NCBI GenBank assembly: GCA_964016885.1
Contig: OZ024756.1
Location: 38,750,001 to 38,814,000 of the forward strand
Direction of reading: 5' to 3'
DNA: 64,000 nt
Origin: Eledone cirrhosa
Taxonomy: Eukaryota
Both the position numbers and the translations under genes were made by a program. Of the stretch, positions 13,247-27,684 are shown piece after piece; positions within the stretch are counted from its first letter, which is position 1, and the number at the start of each line of letters is the position of its first letter. The notes under the pieces were generated by a model, which was not told the DNA's origin, made no database searches, and was given only the letters and a program-made list of their open reading frames with translations.

Positions 13247-14495
13247 TAGTGTTAAAAATCAATAGATCTTGTGGCTAATCTCTTGTGCTTCATACACATA
13301 CATATGTAAACATATATTTATACATGTCTGTATATATGTGTGTGTATGTGTGGACATATGTATGTGGTTATATATGTATGTGTTTGTGTATATACATATA
13401 TATATATGTGTCTATGTGTATATATGTATATACGTGTGTGTTTAAAACGAACCTCCTGTTAATGTCGACAGTGATTATTCCAGTTGTTTGATAAACGTAG
13501 CTACCTACTGATTGTATTATACAGCTACAGTCCATCTGACAGGCTTCCATATAGTTTCTGTCTACCAAAGGTTTGTGTCAAACCAAAGACTATGGTAGAA
13601 GAGATAACCAGGATCTTGAGGTGGTGAAGCAAGTTTCTTAACCCTTTAACATTTAATCCAGCCATATCCAGCCAGAATTCTCTCACTTCTTTCTGTTCAA
13701 ACCGGCTGTAATCGGCTGCTCATACTTATGTTGACCCTTTACATTCACATTACTCTATATTGTATTTTCACAGTAAACACTTTATTTCACATAAGGCACA
13801 CTCACACACATGCACACTCACACACACACATGCACACTCACACACACACACTCACACACACATGCACACCTATACTTCTATACAGACATAAACACACATA
13901 CATGAATAGACACAAACATTCACACACACATATACATGCATCCATATACATATATCCAGATACACACACACACAGCTATGTTGCAGCTGCTGCTGTTATA
14001 GGTGCACACAGACTGCAGTAGCTGCTGCAGCTGCAGTGGTCATTATGACAGCGGTATTGGTGGTGGTGCCTGGTGGTGGTGGTGGTGGCGGTGGTGGTGC
14101 CTAGCAGTGATGGTAGTAGTGGTGGTGGTGGTGGTGATGATAGTGGTGGTGGTGGTGATGATAGTGGTGGTGGTGCCTAGCAGTGATGGTGGTGGTGATG
14201 ATAGTGGTGGTGGTGGTGGCGGTGGTGGTGCCTAGCAGTGATGGTGGTGGTGGCGGTGGTGATGATGATGGTGGTGGTGGCGGTGGTGGTGCCTAGCAGT
14301 GATGGTGGTGGTGGTGGCAGTGGTGGCGGTGGTGGTGGTGGTGGCAGTGGTGGCGGTGGTGGCAGTGGTGGCGGTGGTGGTGCCTAGCAGTGATGGTGGC
14401 GGCGGTGGCGGTGGCAGTGGTGGTGGTGGCGGTGATGGTGTCTAGCAGTGATGGTGGCGGCGACAGCTGTACTATTAGTATTTGTTGTGTATGTG

Positions 14496-14526
<31 letters not shown>

Positions 14527-14533
14527 GTGTGTG

Positions 14534-14568
<35 letters not shown>

Positions 14569-14573
14569 GTGTG

Positions 14574-14608
<35 letters not shown>

Positions 14609-14655
14609 GTGTGTATGTGTATATATATATATATATATATGTATATATGTGTGTG

Positions 14656-14690
<35 letters not shown>

Positions 14691-14759
14691 GTGTGTATGT
14701 GTATATATACACACGTCTTAAGTCGATCAACAAGATCCCAAACCTCATTTGCTTAACGA

Positions 14760-15240
14760 GTAAGGTGGTTGTGCTGATGACTCAACAAATAGCACCCAGT
14801 CCACTCTGTAAGGTGGTCGTAATGGTGACTCAACAAATAGCACCCAGTCCACTCTGTAAGGTGGTCGTAATGGTGACTCAACAAATAGCACCCAGTCCAC
14901 TCTGTAAGGTGGTTGTGCTGATGACTCAACAAATAGCACCCAGTCCACTCTGTAAGGTGGTCGTAATGGTGACTCAACAAATAGCACCCAGTCCACTCTG
15001 TAAGGTGGTCGTAATGGTGACTCAACAAATAGCACCCAGTCCACTCTGTAAGGTGGTTGTGCTGATGACTCAACAAATAGTACCCAGTCCACTGTGTAAG
15101 GTGGTCGTAATGGTGACTCAACAAATAGCACCTAGTCCACTCTGTAAGGTGGTTGTCTGATAGCACGACAAAGAAGCACCAAGTCCACTCTGCAAAGTGG
15201 TTGAATTGATGACTCAATAAATAGCATCCACTCTGTAAAG
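14760..15240. repeat. 48-bp minisatellite with ABB higher-order pattern, derived from a dispersed repeat
   Basis: Unit gtaaggtgg(ttgtgctga/tcgtaatgg)tgactcaacaaatagcacccagtccactct; similar to the single-copy gcacc.agt.cactctgtaaagtgg at about 38488-38525. Confidence 0.9.
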
Positions 15241-15261
15241 TGTTGCTATTAATTATATCTA

Positions 15262-15450
15262 GTTTAGGCAGAAGGCAAGCAATTTGTGGGGAGGGGGAAC
15301 TTTATTAAATTGACCCCAGTACTTTACTGGTATTTCATTTTATCGACCCCCCCTCTCCCGAAAGGATCAAAAGCAAAGTTCACCTCAGCAGGATTTAAAC
15401 TCAGAATGTTAAGGGATGTAACTAAATGCTACAAAGCACGTTGTCCGACA
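15262..15450 (-). mobile_element. SINE S1 copy (diverged)
   Basis: actggtatt...ttttatcgacccc...gaaaggat...gcaaagtt...ggatttaaactcagaa. Confidence 0.75.
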
Positions 15451-15699
15451 CTCAAACCATTTGTGTTGTTGCTATTAACGACAGCTGTTATTCTGCTGTT
15501 TTTGTCACTTAATGTTAGTTGTTTTTGTAGCTATTTTTAACTGTTTTGTGGTTATTGGTTGCTGTTTTTTTGTAGATACAGTCTGCGGTTTTTTGTAGTT
15601 ATTGTTTGTTTTTGCTGCTGCTGTTTTTTGTGTATATTAAAGCTGTTATTGTTTCTGTTTATTAAAGCTGTTGTCTATTTACTCATGATGTTTCTGTTA

Positions 15700-16268
15700 A
15701 GTTATTGTTTCTGTTAACTGTTATTGTCTACGTTTACTGTTATTGTTTCTGTTAACAGGTACTGTATCTGTTAACTGTTATTGTCTGTTTACTGTTATTG
15801 TTTCTGTTAACAGGTACTGTATCTGTTAACTGTTATTGTATCGGTTAACTGTTATTGTATCTGTTAACTGTTATTGTATCTGTTAACTGTTATTGTATCT
15901 GTTAACTGTTATTGTATCTGCTAACTGTTATTGTATCTGTTAACTGTTATTGTATCTGTTAACTGTTATTGTATCTGTTAACTGTTATTGTATCTGTTTA
16001 TTGTTATTGTATCTGTTAACTGTTATTGTATCTGCTTACAGTTATTGTATCTGCTTACAGTTATTGTATCTGCTTACAGTTATTGTATCTGTTTACAGTT
16101 ATTGTATCTGTTAACTGTTATTGTATCTGTTAACTGTTATTGTATCTGTTTACAATTATTGTATCTGTTAACTGTTATTGTATATGTTAACTGTTATTGT
16201 ATATGTTAACTGTTATTGTATCTGTTTACAGTTATTGTATCTGTTAACTGTTATTGTTTCTGTTAACT
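15700..16268. repeat. 19-bp minisatellite (ctgttaactgttattgtat)n
   Basis: Tandem units visible. Confidence 0.9.
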
Positions 16269-16399
16269 TGTTATCCTCACATTTCTACCATTCTCTCTCT
16301 CGTTATGTCCACCTATTGTTATTAAGAATTGTGGTTAATTAATTCCTCCTGTCTCTCTTGTTGTCATTGTTGTTGTTGTTGTGAATGTTATTTCTAATG

Positions 16400-18915
16400 C
16401 TGTAACTACTGTTGATCTAAATGGTTGCTGTTGTTGTTGTGTTACTGTTGTTGTGTTACTGTTGTTGATGTTACTGTTGTTGTTACTGTTGTTGTTACTG
16501 CTGTTGTTGTTGTTATTGTTGTTGATGTTACTGTTGTTGATGTTACTGTTGTTGTTGTTACTGTTGTTACTGCTGTTGTTACTGTTGTTATTGTGTTACT
16601 GTGTTACTGTTGTTGTTACTGTTGTTGTTACTGTTGTTGTTACTGTTGTGTTACTATTGTGTTACTGTTGTTGTTACTGTTGTTGATGTTGCTGTTGTTG
16701 ATGTTACTGTTGTTGTTGTTACTGTTGTTGATGTTACTGTTGTTGTTGTTACTGTTGTTGATGTTGCTGTTGTTGATGTTACTGTTGTTGTTGTTACTGT
16801 TGTTGATGTTACTGTTGTTGATGTTGCTGTTGCAACAATTACTACTGCTCTTATGAATTGTTCTCTCTATTATTGTTGTTGTTGATGCTGATGATAATGT
16901 TGTTTGGTGGTGGTGGTGGTGGTGGTGGTGGTGGTGGTGGTACTGCTGCTGCTGCCTCAACAGACACCGACTGGCCGCATAATTGAGCTGAGACAAAGCA
17001 ATCGACCAAACCATCACTTCTTCTTCTTCTTCTTTTTCTTTTTCTTTTTCTTTTTCTTTTTCTTTTTCTTTTTCTTCTTCTTGTTCTTGTTCTTTTTCTT
17101 ATTCTTCTTCTTCTTCTTCTTATCCTCCTTCTTCTTCTTCTTCTTCTTCTTCTTCTTCTTCTTCTTCTTCACCTTCTCCTTCTTCTCCTTCTTCTTCTTC
17201 TTCTTCTTCTTCTTCTTCTTCTTCTTCTTCTTCTTCACCTTCTCCTCCTTCTCCTCCTTCTTCTCCTCCTTCTTCTTCTTCTTCTTCTTCTTCTTCTTCT
17301 TCTTCACCTTCTCCTTCTTCTTCTTCTTCTTCTTCTTCTTCTTCTTCTTCTTCTTCTTCTTCTTCTTCTTCACCTTCTCCTCCTTCTTCTTCTTCTTCTT
17401 CTTCTTCTTCTTCTTCTTCTTCTTCTCCTTCATCAGAAGAGAGATTTCCTTACCTGAAGCATTGATACTGCACATGACGTAACATCACTGCAGACTGTTG
17501 CTGCAGTGCACACACACACACACAGGTACATACACACATACATACACACATACATACGGACACACACACACACACACACACGCACACAGGTACAGACACA
17601 CACAAACACAGGTACACACAGACACATACAGGTAGACATACAGACACAGAGATAAAGACAAATATTCACACACATAGGCGTAAACACACAGACAGATAAA
17701 GAAAAACATACACACACAGGCACATACAGGTACACACACACACACACACACACATAGATATAAAGGTACACACAGATAAATACAGATACACACACAGATA
17801 TAAGCCAAACATACACATAACACCAATACATGCAGACATTAGATCCATTGACACACACACACACACACACACAATACAGACACACACACTAGACACACAC
17901 GCACACAATAGACACACATGCACACAATAGACACACACACACACACACACACAATACAGACACACACACACTACACACACATGCACACAATAGACACACA
18001 CACACAATACAGACACACACTAGACACACACGCACACAATAGACACACATGCACACAATAGACACACACACACACACAATACAGACACACACACACAAAA
18101 TACAGACACACACACACACAATACAGACACAGACACACACACACACACACACAATACAGACGTAGTCACACATACACATCACTTACACTCATAAACTAAC
18201 ATAATCACACACTCACTCCCCTTCCTCTCACTCCTCCAATCTCTCTCATTCCTACTCTTGCCCCCCTCTCTCTATCTCTCACTCTTACTCTCTCTTACCT
18301 TCTCCCTCTCACTCTCTCTTACTTTCTCCCTTTCTCTCACTCCTACCATCTCTCCCTCTCTCTCACTGATACTCCCTCTCCCCCTCTCTTTCACTCTTAC
18401 TCTCTCCCCCTCTCTCACTCTTACTCTCTCCCCTCTCTGCCTCCCTCCCTCCCCCTCTCTGCCTCCCTCCCTCCTACTCTCCCTCTCTCTCCCTCCTACT
18501 CTCCCTCTCTCTCCCTCCTACTCTCTCTCCCTCCTACTTTCCCCCCTCTTTTTCTCTCTCCCCTCTCTCTCACTCTCTCCCCCTCTCTCTCACTCTCTCT
18601 CACTCTCCCCCCTCTCTCTCACTCTCTCCCCCTCTCTCTCACTCTCTCTCACTCTCTCCCCCCTCTCTCACTCTCCCCCTCCCTCCCCCATCCCCCTCTC
18701 TCCCCCATCCCCCCTCTCTCCCCCTCCCCACTCTCTCCCCCATCTCCCCTCTCTCCCCCTCCCCACTCTCTCCCCTCTCCCCCTCCCTCCCTCCCTCCCT
18801 CTCCCTCTCTCTCTCCCTCTCTCTCACTCTCTCTCCCTCTCTCGCCCTCTCTCTCTCCCTCTCCCTCTCTCTCCCTCTCCCTCTCCCTCACTCACCCCCT
18901 CTCTCCCTCTCTGTC
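16400..18915. repeat. Block of simple repeats: (GTT)n-like, (TTC)n at 17018-17430, (CA)n-like and a CT-rich tract
   Basis: Low-complexity sequence. Confidence 0.9.
17454..17500 (-). CDS. Candidate small internal exon of an unidentified gene
   Basis: ctgcag|...TTCAG|gtaagg splice signals around a unique-sequence island; open as QQSAVMLRHVQYQCF; no recognised homology. Confidence 0.25.
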
Positions 18916-19573
18916 CCTCTCCTAGATTATTACAACCTAAATACTTATTCTTATTTTATCATAATACAGTCATTAGCATACATTGATTTAAACACATTTG
19001 TCTCAATGTCTGCCCCCCCCCCCCATCATCACTATCATCATCATCACCACCACCACTATCATCATCATCACCACCACCACCATCATCATCGTCATCATCA
19101 CAGTTGAACATATATTTTCCGTACTTGCAACATGGGTTAGACTGGTTAGGTGACTCTGTCTTATTTGTACGCTCCACTTTTGGTGTGTACTGGAAGCATT
19201 GTATCATGACTCTGGCACTACCACCTTGCAGGGTGAACTGGGTGCTTTTCCTTGTGGCACCACCACTATCACCTTTCAAGGTGGACTAGATGCTTTTTAT
19301 CATGGCACTATCTGATTTTAGTTTGGTGTCTACGGCTGGATGCCCTTCCTAATACCAACCACATTTACAGTGTGGGCTGGGAGCTTTTTGTCATGACACC
19401 TACACAACCACTTTACAGTGAGTACTAGGAGCTTTTTGTTATGACACATACACAACCACTTTACAGTGTGTACTGGGAGTTTTTTGTCATGACACATACA
19501 CAACCACTTTACAGTGTGGGCTGGGTACCTTTTGTTGTGATACCTACACTGCCACATTACAGTGTGGACTTTA

Positions 19574-19634
<61 letters not shown>

Positions 19635-19857
19635 CTTTTCTTTCAGATATGTTATATTGAAAACATAATTCTTCTTCAATTTGATTCAGTTTTATTAAGG
19701 ATATATTTCATATTTAATTATTAGTTCTTCATGTTAAGTTTTGAAACAACTGCATTTCTAAATCTATGTGTGTGTTAACATTTCGAAACCTCCATAGTTC
19801 CATCTTCAGAATCAAATCAGAATGGTTATACTAATGATGTATCGGTCACCTGCTTAC

Positions 19858-19906
19858 AAGTTGTCGTGAACCTTTCTCATTGATATGGATCCACAGTTGG
19901 GGTAAA
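19858..19906 (-). CDS. Candidate small internal exon of an unidentified gene
   Basis: ttctgcag|...CTT|gtaagc; open as LPQLWIHINEKGSRQL; phase-compatible with 17454-17500. Confidence 0.25.
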
Positions 19907-20806
19907 CTGCAGAATGTACTGCATATGACTAATGAGATATATCAGATATATAAATTTCAATGCAAACATAAAATTTGCAAACTTCCTGATGAAAATTGTG
20001 AGATTGGTCACACAAAACTCACTACACTTTCTTTATTAGTTAACCATGCACTTACCAGAAAGAACCATGGCAACACATTTTCCATGCAAAACATGCAAAA
20101 CAACAACAACAACAAACTAGATAGGACTTCATTAGATGGTGACACTATAGTTCTATGTGGTGTTGGTCAGTGACTGTGGTGGTGATGGAGAGATCTACCA
20201 TATTCTCTTCACCACATACACACGTGTGTGTACACTCTCACATTATATTACTTACATACACATACAGAAAGTATACATACATACATACATTTTCAGATAC
20301 ATACATTTACACACACACACACAGATGCATTATACTCCATCACGTGCACATGACTTAACATCTCTCTCTCTCTCTCTCTCTACCTCTCTGTCTCACTCAT
20401 TCTTTTTGTCTCTATCTCCCAACTTCTTTCTTTCTCTTTGTCTTTCTCTTTTTTTTATTTCTCTCTAGTTTTATTCTTTCTATTCCTCACCCTACCCCTC
20501 TCTCTTTCTCTCTATATTTTTCTTTGTCCCTCCTTGGTTTTATTCTACCCAATCATTCCCTCTCTCATGGTGTCTCTCTACTCCCCCCCCCCATCTCTAC
20601 CCCCCCCCCCCCTCCGCCCTCTCTCTACCCATTCACCCCTCCCTCCACCCTCTCTCTACCCCTCCACCCTCTCTCTACCCCTTCACCCCCTCTCTACCCT
20701 CTCCACCCTCTAAGTCTTATCTCTGATTTACATCAAAGAAATCATTGTGGTGTTTTCATATGGAAAAGATGTGAAATATCACACCTAGACTCCAATACAC
20801 ATGATT

Positions 20807-20871
<65 letters not shown>

Positions 20872-21150
20872 TTTACCAACAAATAACAGAAAGACATACA
20901 TGTTTATGTCAATTCATTGAAGTTTGGTGGTTCACCACTGGATAGAACTGGTCAATTCGTATAATTAACTAACATGTATAGTAGAAAAAGCACTCAACGT
21001 TATGCAACTCATCCTTCTTTGATGTTGAATCCTGTGATTGGTGCGGGAACGGAGTTAATTATTATTTTGAATAAAATGATGTTGCTGGGATTCTACGTAA
21101 CCTGGGCATTGAAATATATATAACAAATATATATAAACACACACATATAA

Positions 21151-21223
<73 letters not shown>

Positions 21224-21546
21224 CAGGGTGTCCTCAAACGTATACACTTTGATTACCTGTACAGGCTATATCATCATCATCATCATCATCAGCGTTTTAC
21301 GTCCGTTCTTCTACGCTAGCATGGGTTAGACGGGTTGTCCTGTTGTGGGCAGTGTCTGGTCGTCTGACCATGCCTTGCTCATACAGGAACTGATTCTGGC
21401 CTGATTTCTACAGCTGGATGCCCTTCCTAACACCAACCTCATTTACAGTGAGTGCTGGGTGCTTTGTTGCCGTGGCACCTACATATATATATATATATAT
21501 ATAAAATACTGTTGAAGTGTGTATACATGTTTTTTGGGACACCCTG
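21224..21546. mobile_element. Tc1/mariner-type MITE split by an inserted RTE-type tail and (TA)n
   Basis: TA|CAGGGTGTCC ... GGACACCCTG|TA; the halves match the intact 31068-31167 copy; insertion at about 21270-21500. Confidence 0.8.
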
Positions 21547-22250
21547 TATATATATATATATATATACATATGTATAAACACACGCACACACACACATGCA
21601 TATATATATATATAAACACACACATATAAGTAAGTGCATGTGTACATGCAGATGTGTCCACATGCGCGAATATAATTCAAGTTTGTGAATATTCCAGTTG
21701 GGTGCACAGTTTCAGTTTGCTGCAAAATTAGATGCACGTGTTGGTGCACAATATGCATATATAATGTGCATTGTTTTCCATTCATCCTGCATATATTATC
21801 TCTCTCTCTATCTCTCTGCATATATATATATATATACATATATATAAATATATGTATATATATGTGTGTGTGTGTACAGTCACACCTTCACACACACTAT
21901 ATATATATAGGGACTTTTTGCTGCATTGTTAATGTGCAGCTGGTGTTTGGTGCATCCCGTATGATTGGTGCAGCGTTCTTCTGCATGTACTCCTTCCTTC
22001 CTTCCTTCCATTCCAGAATTGATGCTGCTATTGCAGTATTGCAATGAGATATAAACCAGTTTATGTGTGTGTGTGTGTGTGTGTGTGTTTGTATGTGTGT
22101 GTGTGTGTGTGTGTTCCATTGGTTCCAACAGTTGACACCTCTCACTTGTATTATCTTCCTTGTCACATTCTAGAGAGAGAGAGAGAGAGAGAGAGAGTGT
22201 TTGTGACTGTATATGAGACAGAGTGAGAGAAGTATATGTGCGAGATAGAT

Positions 22251-22281
<31 letters not shown>

Positions 22282-22325
22282 AAACTAACACATACTGATT
22301 TACTGTCACAATCTTGCAAAATATA

Positions 22326-22780
22326 ACACTACCACCACCACTACCACCAACACTACTACCACTACCACCACCACCACCAACACTACTACCACCACCACCA
22401 ACACTACTACCACCACCACCAACACTACCACCACCACTGCCACCAACACTACCACTACCACCAACACTACTACCACCACCACCAACACTACTACCACCAC
22501 TGCCACCAACACTACTACTACCACCAACACTACTACCACCACCACCAACACTACTACCACTACTACCACCACCACCAACACTACTACCACTACTGCCACC
22601 AACACTACTACTACCACCAACACTACTACCACCACCACCAACACGATCAACAACACCCCTACCAACAGCAACACTACTACTACCACTACCATGAATACTA
22701 TCAATAATACCACTAGCACCACCACCACCACTACCACCAATACTACCACTACCACCAATACTATCACTACCACCATCAAC
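22326..22780. repeat. (ACC/ACT)n-based degenerate repeat
   Basis: Low complexity; similar tracts at 9130-9430, 14060-14460, 28140-28415 and 48496-48726. Confidence 0.9.
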
Positions 22781-22961
22781 ATGATCACAACACTCTCTAT
22801 AGACTTTCTACCTGAGTTAACAGTCTCGTGTATACATACACACCCACCCACACACATACCCCCTCCCCACATATTTACACCCACACATACACACACACAT
22901 AAATATATATAAAGGTGTGTGAAGATATGCTGCTACTTTTCCATATTTTGATTTATTGAGT

Positions 22962-23046
22962 AAGCTGCCTTTATACACGTTTCCAGAGTGACTGGCGTTT
23001 GTTACATAACATAAATTTGGGCAGGTACGCCTTCATCAGACAGCTT
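22962..23046 (-). ncRNA. Degenerate hammerhead-like motif
   Basis: AAGCTGT-CTGATGA-AGGCGT...ACGCC...GAAACGTGTATAAAG-GCAGCTT; stem I complementarity is present but the stem II/III junctions are imperfect. Confidence 0.35.
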
Positions 23047-23443
23047 GTTAAAGGTAAACAAAAAAATTATATAATGCTGGTGATACAGTTGGCTGAAGAA
23101 ACATGTAAACATGTTCTTCATGCTTGGAGTCACTCCATCACATAATAGTTTATGATTTCTCTGTGGTGGTGGGCATGGCTTATATTTGGTGATTGGTTTA
23201 ACCCTTTAACATTTACATTACTCTATATTTACCATTTTTGCACCCTCCCACCACCACCACCACACACCTTTGTTTCTCTTGCTCTGATCCTATATTTTTG
23301 TGCCTTATTTGTAAGGTTCCTAGCAATAATTAATTGTATTTATTATGTTTATATTTTAATTCTGGAAGAATTGTGAACAATTTGTAATGTTATTTATACA
23401 ACTGAATAAAACCCTTTTGATTTGAATATATATATATACATAC

Positions 23444-23476
<33 letters not shown>

Positions 23477-24358
23477 CACATACATTATATATTATATTCA
23501 TCTTTTTTCAAATTGATTGACTATTGATATTGTTTTCTCTCTTTCTTCCCTGTCTTCTTTCTTCACTCTCATCTGTCTTCCTTTTACTTCTCTCTCCCAA
23601 ACATCCTTTCTTTTTGTTTCTATCTTTCAATGAAGGACTGGTGTCAGAAACATCAAGACTATTTTTCAACTTTATCAAGTGTTAAACTAATATACCATCA
23701 TTGTATTGTTTTTATTATTATTGCCTTTTTCTACACACATAATACAAATACATGTGTGTGTGTGCATCTGTTTGTCATGATGCAGTGCCTTTATATTGAC
23801 TTATTTAAAGCTAGTAGTGATGTATTTTATATTCCTCATAAACAAGATGTTCCATAGTATAACAGTTTGATGGACATCGGCAGTCTATACCATAATTATG
23901 ATAGCGGAAAAAGGTTTGTTATCAGGAAAGGCGCTTGGCTGTAGAAATTATGTGTGAGATGTGAATTTCTCTGATATGTCTAGGAAGGCAGTGGTAATTC
24001 CAGATAAGAATGACTTGGACTGTGATGACCCATCCACTCTTGGCCAACATGGAAAGTGAACATACAAACGATGGAGTAGTCAAGGACCCCATAAGCGACA
24101 CCAGTGGTACCCTATCTAGGACAGCAGTTACTCTGAATAAAAACTGATACTGTGACTCTTAAGTCCTTTCAAACGACTTCTCTTGTGCTGGTGGAATGTT
24201 AAAATGTACCCAGTCCATACTGAGTGGACAGCAGCAAGAAAACAACACATCACCCAATCTGTGAATCGAACCAATGACTTTATGATTATGTGCGTGTCCC
24301 CATCACCTTGACCACTAAAAATAAAAGTTCTTTTATTCTATTTTCTCTAATTCCTTAA

Positions 24359-24478
<120 letters not shown>

Positions 24479-24601
24479 GAGAAAAAGGAGGTCCTTGTAC
24501 ATGTACTTGCACACATGTACTCAACATACATATGTCCACTCACAAATACATATCCACATAATACACACAGTACTTAAACCATACTTTTGAATGAATATAT
24601 A

Positions 24602-24935
24602 TACTCTAGGGTCCCAAATAATTGGAGTGGGGTTGGTCATTTGCTTCAATTCTTAGAAATGGGGTTTGGAATCAGTAATTGTATAGTGTACGTTCGTAAA
24701 TATGGGATTTCTTGTAATGTTGTTTTTTGTCATATATAATGTTTTTTTTTTTAATGTAAAATAAAATAATTATTAGATTCTCCAGCTGCTGTATCAATAT
24801 GAATCACTTATAATAAAATTTTGCTGGAGATAGATTAGCAAAATTTAATAAGCAAGGATGGTGGGTTGGAAAAAATCTGAAGGATTAATAAGCAGGGGGG
24901 GGGGGGGGGTGTTTATTAAAGACCTGGGATTGTAT
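24602..24935. mobile_element. Probable degenerate DNA-transposon MITE
   Basis: tactctagggtcccaaataa... and ...ttattaaagacctggga are imperfect inverted ends; a similar end (attaataagcagggggg...ttattcaagacctgg) lies at about 42448-42493. Confidence 0.4.
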
Positions 24936-25274
24936 GTCTATATATTGTGTACACATGAAGCCATTTAATTTAAACACATCTTAAACACAACATATACATT
25001 CCATAAACACTACACATACACACCTTAAACACAACATATGCACACCTTAAACACAACATATACACACCTTAAACACAACATATACATACCTTAATTACAC
25101 CTCATACCATATACACTACAAATATCTATTTTTCCAATGTGTCTCTGTAAGGTTTATTTTGAAATAAAAATCACTGCCATTTTTATAATTCCTTTTTAAT
25201 TTGACTTTGTCTTATTTTTTCGCTGTCTGTGTGCAATGATAAACACTAAAAAACGTGTATCTAGTACACACATA

Positions 25275-25387
<113 letters not shown>

Positions 25388-26044
25388 ATGTGTGTATATA
25401 CTACATACACGGTTTTAGTGTTTTGTATATATATATATATATATATATATTTATAGTAAAAAATTGAACGGGAACAAAACAGAGAGGCAGTACGAACAAA
25501 GGTTTATTAGTTTCACGCTATATATATATATATATATATAATTAGTTACTTTCTAAACAATACTGAACAGCATTTTGTTATGGTGAGCTACTGGTTTTAT
25601 GAATCAGGAACTGAGGTGCGGAAGAAACTTTTTCAAGGGAGGTAAGTATTCAATACAAAATTCTGAAGGGAGATAACACAAGAATATAAAAAAGAAAGTT
25701 GAAAAAATAATTGAAGATACGAAGATGAAGAACGTATTTTTTCTATATTTGAATAAAAATTGAAAAAAAAAAAAAAAAATCTTAACGCTCTTCTAAACTA
25801 AATAAGGGACTTAACTCTCTATACAGAGAAGCAGGGGAGATAACTAAAAAATGCCTGAGACGAAAGTTTTGGAACGCAGGCTGGCAACAAATACCAGCAG
25901 TTGCATACACATTTAATAGAAGCGACGTAACTCGGGTGTGATAAAATATTCGTGTAACTTAACTCAGGGTAGCATGTATATGATCTGTAACAAGCCTGCG
26001 TATATAAGTGTTATAACACTACATTGGTGCAGTAATGCGCCAGT

Positions 26045-26311
26045 TTCAGTAATCAGAAGGGAGGTAGGCGTAAAAGCCAAACTCGCTATCTTCAATTCGG
26101 TATTCGTGCCAACCCTGATCTATGGTCATGATTCATGGGTAATGACCGAAAGAATACAAGCGGCCGAAATGGGGTTCCTCTGAAGTGTCTTTGGAGTAAC
26201 GTTACTCGATAAAGTGTGTAACTCGGAGTTCAGAGAGTCACTCCAGGTAGAGCTCTGATACTATAGACATGTGGCTGGAATGTCTCATGAAAGAATCACA
26301 AGAGAGTCACT
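26045..26311 (+). mobile_element. RTE-clade LINE fragment
   Basis: KAKLAIFNSVFVPTLIYGHDSWVMTERIQAAEMGFL*...LLDKVCNSEFRESLQVE; related pieces at 40461-40583 and 58441-58960. Confidence 0.85.
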
Positions 26312-26312
26312 C

Positions 26313-26497
26313 CGTCAAATCGGACCGAGGAAACAATGTTTCCGTTGGTCTTTCCAATTGCTAATACTATCTATCGATCGCAACTCCAGATAGAAAGAGC
26401 AACTTGAAATAAAATGCCTTGTTCAAGGACATAAAGCATCACCCGGTCCGGGAATCGAACTCACAACCTCACAATTGCACCTCAGCCACGCGCTTTC

Positions 26498-26498
<1 letters not shown>
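26313..26498 (-). mobile_element. tRNA-derived SINE with CORE-like centre (family S2)
   Basis: Minus strand gcgcgtggc...gagttcgattcccggaccggg...tgtccttgaacaaggcatttt; related copies at about 52100-52330 (-) and 53026-53241. Confidence 0.8.
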
Positions 26499-26546
<48 letters not shown>

Positions 26547-26834
26547 ACACATACACACATATGTACGCACACTACTTATTAACTATATGTATGAGTATGT
26601 GTATGTGTGTTTTGTTTATAGTGTGTGTGTGAGGGAAAGGTGGATAAGAGAGAGCAGGATAATGTGAATTTTAAATAAAGATATTAATTAGGCAGGTAAT
26701 TAAGTGAAAAGATTGATGGGTTGATATTCTTTACACCTGTATTTATATACAAACTCACTTGTGTAGACACGACACGTAACCATATATATGTGTGTGTGTG
26801 CATTGATGTGTATATAAAAAATATATATCCACAC

Positions 26835-26900
<66 letters not shown>

Positions 26901-26946
26901 GCAGAGGTTATATTTAATTTGTTGGGATTCAACAAGCTTAAACATG

Positions 26947-26977
<31 letters not shown>

Positions 26978-27309
26978 ACGGAGAAAGAGACGATTATATA
27001 TATCGTATTTCCCGGCGTCGAAGACGCTACTTTTTTCCCAAAATAAGTCTAAAAAATCTACCATGTCTCCCGGAGGCCGAAGATTGTTTAATAAAATACC
27101 AGTAATACACTGGGATAATTGCTGGCCTTGTGCCAAAAGTAGAAACAATTATTACTTTTCAAATTTTTGGTTGTCAAAGTTAGGGTGCGTCCTCGAGGAC
27201 GAAGCATCTTCAGCGCCGGGAAATACGGTATCATCATCATCTTCTTCATCATCTTCATTTTACGTCCACTTTTCCCTGCTTGCAAGGGTGGGACGGGAAC
27301 TGATTCTGG

Positions 27310-27351
<42 letters not shown>

Positions 27352-27415
27352 CGTATATATATATATATATACCGTATATATATATATATATACCGTATAT
27401 ATATATATATATACC

Positions 27416-27451
<36 letters not shown>

Positions 27452-27684
27452 CCATGTGTGTGTAGGAAGCAGTATATTTTTAAAAGCGAAACAAGAAACT
27501 TCCCCAGCAACAGCACTACGACACCACCCCCACATCTTCTTGAACACCTCGTCCCCCTCCTCCTCCTCCTCCTACTACTACTACGTTATTGTTGCTGTTG
27601 TTGTCTACAAGATGAGTGGTATGAAACCAAACAAAGTGAATAAATAAATAATATTAAATCAAATCCCTTAAAATAAGGGTTTCT

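Noticed and set aside
14774-15070. CTGATGA motifs in the 48-bp satellite as tandem hammerheads
   Set aside because: No stem II or GAAA follows them.
17429-17436. Minus-strand CTGATGA
   Set aside because: It runs straight into (GAA)n with no structure.
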